Positions 60,621 to 64,000 of a stretch of 64,000 nucleotides of DNA are shown here, in pieces; the first letter of the stretch is position 1; the number at the start of each line of letters is the position of its first letter. Made by a program: the position numbers and the translations under genes. The notes under the pieces were generated by a model. The model saw nothing but the letters and a program-made list of their open reading frames with translations, had not been told where the DNA came from and made no database searches. This stretch comes from Stegostoma tigrinum (lineage: Eukaryota): positions 5,550,163 to 5,614,162 of the forward strand of contig NC_081394.1 of assembly GCF_030684315.1 (NCBI RefSeq), given 5' to 3'.

Positions 60621-60859
60621 AGGTCCCAGAGATTGTCAGGATGTTCCTGGTGCTGCAAGGATCAGTGCTGGGACATCAATGGCTCACAGTCTATATCAGT
60701 GACTGAAATGTCTCAGTTTGTTGATGATACAAACCCAGTGGGAAAGTAAACTGCGAGGAGGATATCAAGGCTGCAAACAGGGATAAGCTGTTCAGTGGTT
60801 TGGGCAATAACGGTGATGGATGATGAATAAAATCTGTCCAATTTGGAAGAATAGAGAAG

Positions 60860-61150
60860 AATCATAGAATCCCTACAGTGTGCAAACAGGCCATTCAGCC
60901 CAACAAGTCCACACTGACTGTCTGAAGAGCATCCCACCCAGGACTACCCCACCTCTGCTTTTCCTGAAGCCCTGTGTTTCCCATGGCCAGCACATCTAAC
61001 TTACACATCCCTGGACACTGTGCACAAATTAGCATGGCCAATTCACCTAGCCTGCACATCTTTGGACTGTGGAAGAAAACTGGAGCACTGGGTGGAAACT
61101 TACATAGACGTGGGGAGAATGTGCAAACTCCACACAGACAGTGGCCCCAG
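60860..61150 (-). mobile_element. HE1-type SINE (5' truncated)
   Basis: Reverse complement of the HE1 core and tail. Confidence 0.85.
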
Positions 61151-61340
61151 TGTGTACAGTCTTGCAATGAATGGGCCAATACTCACTGGAGTTCAGAAGG
61201 AGAAGTGATTTTGTTGAAACTGAATATTGTGAGGTGTCTTCTAAGACAGAGATTGGGAGGAATTTCTTCTCTCAGAGGGTAGCAACTCTGGAATTCTTTG
61301 TCGCAGAGTGATGTCAAGGCTGGGTCATGCAGTATCCAGT

Positions 61341-61785
61341 GGGGGCAGCACAGTGGCTCAGTGGTTAGCGCCGTAACCTCATAGCACCAGGGACCCGGGT
61401 TCAATTCCAGCCTCGGGTGACTGTCTGTGTAGCATCTGCACGTTCTCCCCGTGTCTGCGTGGGTTTCCTCCCACAGTCCAAACATGTGCAGGCTAGCTGG
61501 ATCAGCCATGCTAAATTGCCCTGTAGTGTCCAGGGGTGTGTGGGTCTGGGTGGATGCTTCAAGGGGCAGTGTGGACTTAGAACATAGAACATAGAACATA
61601 GAACAGTACAGCACAGAACAGGCCCTTCAGCCCAAAATGTTGTGCCGACAATTGATCCTCATGTATGCACCCTCAAATTTCTGTGACCATATGCATGTCC
61701 AGCAGTCTCTTAAATGACCCCAATGACTTGTGGGGCCAAGGGGCCTATTTCCACACTGTAGGGAATCTAATCTAATCTAATCATA
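61341..61785 (+). mobile_element. HE1-type SINE containing an antisense LINE 3' tail insertion (61579-61724)
   Basis: SINE interrupted by (AGAACAT)3-AGAACAGTACAGCACAGAACAGGCCCTTC..; GACTT on both sides. Confidence 0.85.
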
Positions 61786-62685
61786 TCAGGCTGAGAGAGA
61801 CATTTTTTAATCAATAAGGGAATCAAGGGTTTTAGGGAAAAGGCAGGGGCTAAAGGATTTCAGATTAGCCACGGTCTAATTGATCATTAGGCAAAATTAC
61901 CAGATTCTGCCTCGACATCTTATTGTACGGGCCAGATTGCGTCCCTGTCTCACCACATCCAGCTGATTGTAACTTTCTCCTCCATGTGGCTGTGGGTGCT
62001 ACATCATTTAAATCTCTTTCAGACTGAGATGGACAGATTTGAACATTCACATCCATTTTCAAATCTCTCCATGGCCTCAGTCCTCTGTATCTGTAAGCAC
62101 CTTCAGCCATACAGCCCTCAGATTCTCTGTGCTCCAATATCACTGAGATTTCCATTACTGCCCCACTGGTGGCTGCGCCTTCAGCTACTGTGCGCTGAAG
62201 ATCTGTAATTCCCAATCTAAACCTTTTTGTGTGTGTTTCTCTCCCGCTGTGTCCCTCTATCTCTCCTGTTTCTCTTTGTTCTCTTCCCTCAGTTCTTCAG
62301 GATTCAATCAGTGGGAAGCCCAGCTTGTTCCACAAAATATCCACATTTCTGTGGTGATTACCTATCCCCGCATACACCCCTCAAAGTGGGAGGAAGAACT
62401 ACTGCAGGGTTGTCTCACACCATCCTCTGGCCCTCCCTCTGTCGGTCAGCGCAGCTCTTGTGGAGAGTCCAGCTCTTGCCCGCTGCCTCCCCATAAGCCT
62501 CCTCTCCTCTACACTCTGTGCTCCATCACTGTAGAGCTCTGTCACCCATTTTCCAGCTATCATTGGTCCCACGATGGTGGGTCTCATTTAATGGGTCCGT
62601 GCTCCTGAACATCTCCTTTACATATGTACCCAAAGTATTGGGTTTAATTAATGCAGCCTGTGCACTGCTGGTTTCTCTCTCATAG

Positions 62686-62844
62686 GTAACAATATTGACA
62701 AAAGATGGATCATATTGAAAAATCAAATGGTGATCCTTGACAGTGGTGACCTCTTCAGCTAAAGCACGGAGCCTTGTGCCAACAACACCTGAGCATCAGG
62801 ATGGAGAACAAACCCTTCTGGGGAACAGGGCTGTCCAGTACTAA
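62686..62844 (+). pseudogene. Orphan last exon of B7-like paralogue E, with homologous upstream intron (60630-60830, 61970-62685) and 3' UTR (to about 63700)
   Basis: Acceptor CTGCTGGTTTCTCTCTCATAG as in C and D; ..VVTSSAKARSLVPTTPEHQDGEQTLLGNRAVQY*; early stops in the expected phase; no upstream family exons. Confidence 0.75.
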
Positions 62845-64000
62845 CTGAGTTTCTACTGCACTGAGTTTGGGTCAGGGAGGGGGAAATCAGCCCACTATTG
62901 TGGGCACCGAGTGATTCCTGCTGGGAAGTCTGAGCACGGTATTGGGATCCAAAAATACGTCCTCCTTTCTACAAATCCTTCTGAGCTGCATCATCTCAGG
63001 AGGGAATCCCCCACTGGAAGTGCTACCCATTTACTGAAAAGACTGTCCCAAGTATTTCATCCTCAGCTTCAGATCTCATTTTTACTGTTACAGACTGTGT
63101 CCAAACTCAAGTGTCAGTGTTGTACAGGATGACCTTTAATTGTGTAAACCATTGATTGGTACCTGAGAGGTAATAACTTATGAACGTTCATTGAGTAAAT
63201 GGACACATCAGGAAGTTTCTTAATTTGTTAACTTGTTCTCAGTGTGGGTGATGCTGTCAGAACTCCATTTATTGCCCATCTTGCTTTGCCACACTGCTGT
63301 CCTTACAGTGATGGCACTCCCACAGTGAGGAATATGGAAAGTGGCTTCAGAAATTCCGTCTGCAGCAGGACCTAATGGGCAAAGCCAGGAACTACATTAT
63401 ATGGAAACAGGAGGCTGGAAGAACACAGCAAACCAGACTGGAGGAAAGCAGAAGAAGTCTACATTCCGGGTATTACACCCCTTCAGGACAGGATGCAGCT
63501 ATTTTGTCTCTAACCAGGAACTACATTATTACCAGCCACTGTTTCATAGGCAGAAATCAAACTCTGAATGGTGTACAGACTGAAAGTACATCTGTCCAAA
63601 TATATCTGTATAGTAGTTCCTTTTCTACATGTACTGCTGCCTCCAAGGTGTAGTTAAAGGGAAGCTGATATGGATATAGGTTTGAGAATATGTTAGAGTT
63701 AGATATTTGCATTTTTCTTCAGTGATTAAAGAGAAGCTGGTGCTGATATTAATGGGTCTACAGTCTGATGTTTAATGACTCTGCTAGTCACTGCATGAAG
63801 AGACAAGCTGCTGCCTACAGGCAGTAAGACCCTCATATGAGTTGAAGTGAAACGAATTGGCTGAAGACTGGAATCAGTGATTGCGGGACTCTCAGGATGA
63901 GGCTGGGAATGACCATCCAGTCAGTATTCCTGCTGGTTGGGAGTTTGGGTCTTTGGAGAAGGGAGTGTGGGACCTCCAATTACCACGACTACAACTGTAA

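Overview
Vertebrate genomic DNA, almost certainly from an elasmobranch. This is inferred from HE1-type tRNA-derived SINEs, CR1/HER1-like, L2-like and Rex-Babar-like LINE debris, and Penelope-like fragments. Among the repeats is a cluster of alternately oriented paralogous genes for small type-I membrane proteins with one B7/butyrophilin-type IgV domain (exons: MQ, signal peptide, IgV, Pro-rich stalk, TM, short tail). One copy can be spliced into an open 212-aa CDS (35824-41508, +). One is complete but frameshifted (51126-57235, -), one is a clear pseudogene head-to-head with the intact copy (33480-34743, -), and three more survive only as orphan exons (26387-28066, 32226-32274, 62686-62844). 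An unrelated, disrupted CD2/SLAM-like Ig gene starts at 6736, followed by a 14.6-kb, 38-bp satellite with higher-order periodicity. A Gmr1-type Gypsy element lies in two oppositely oriented halves around the orphan TM/tail exons, suggesting an inversion. Several Penelope-like termini carry minimal hammerhead-ribozyme motifs. Gene models were assembled by eye from splice sites and paralogue comparison; repeat boundaries are approximate.
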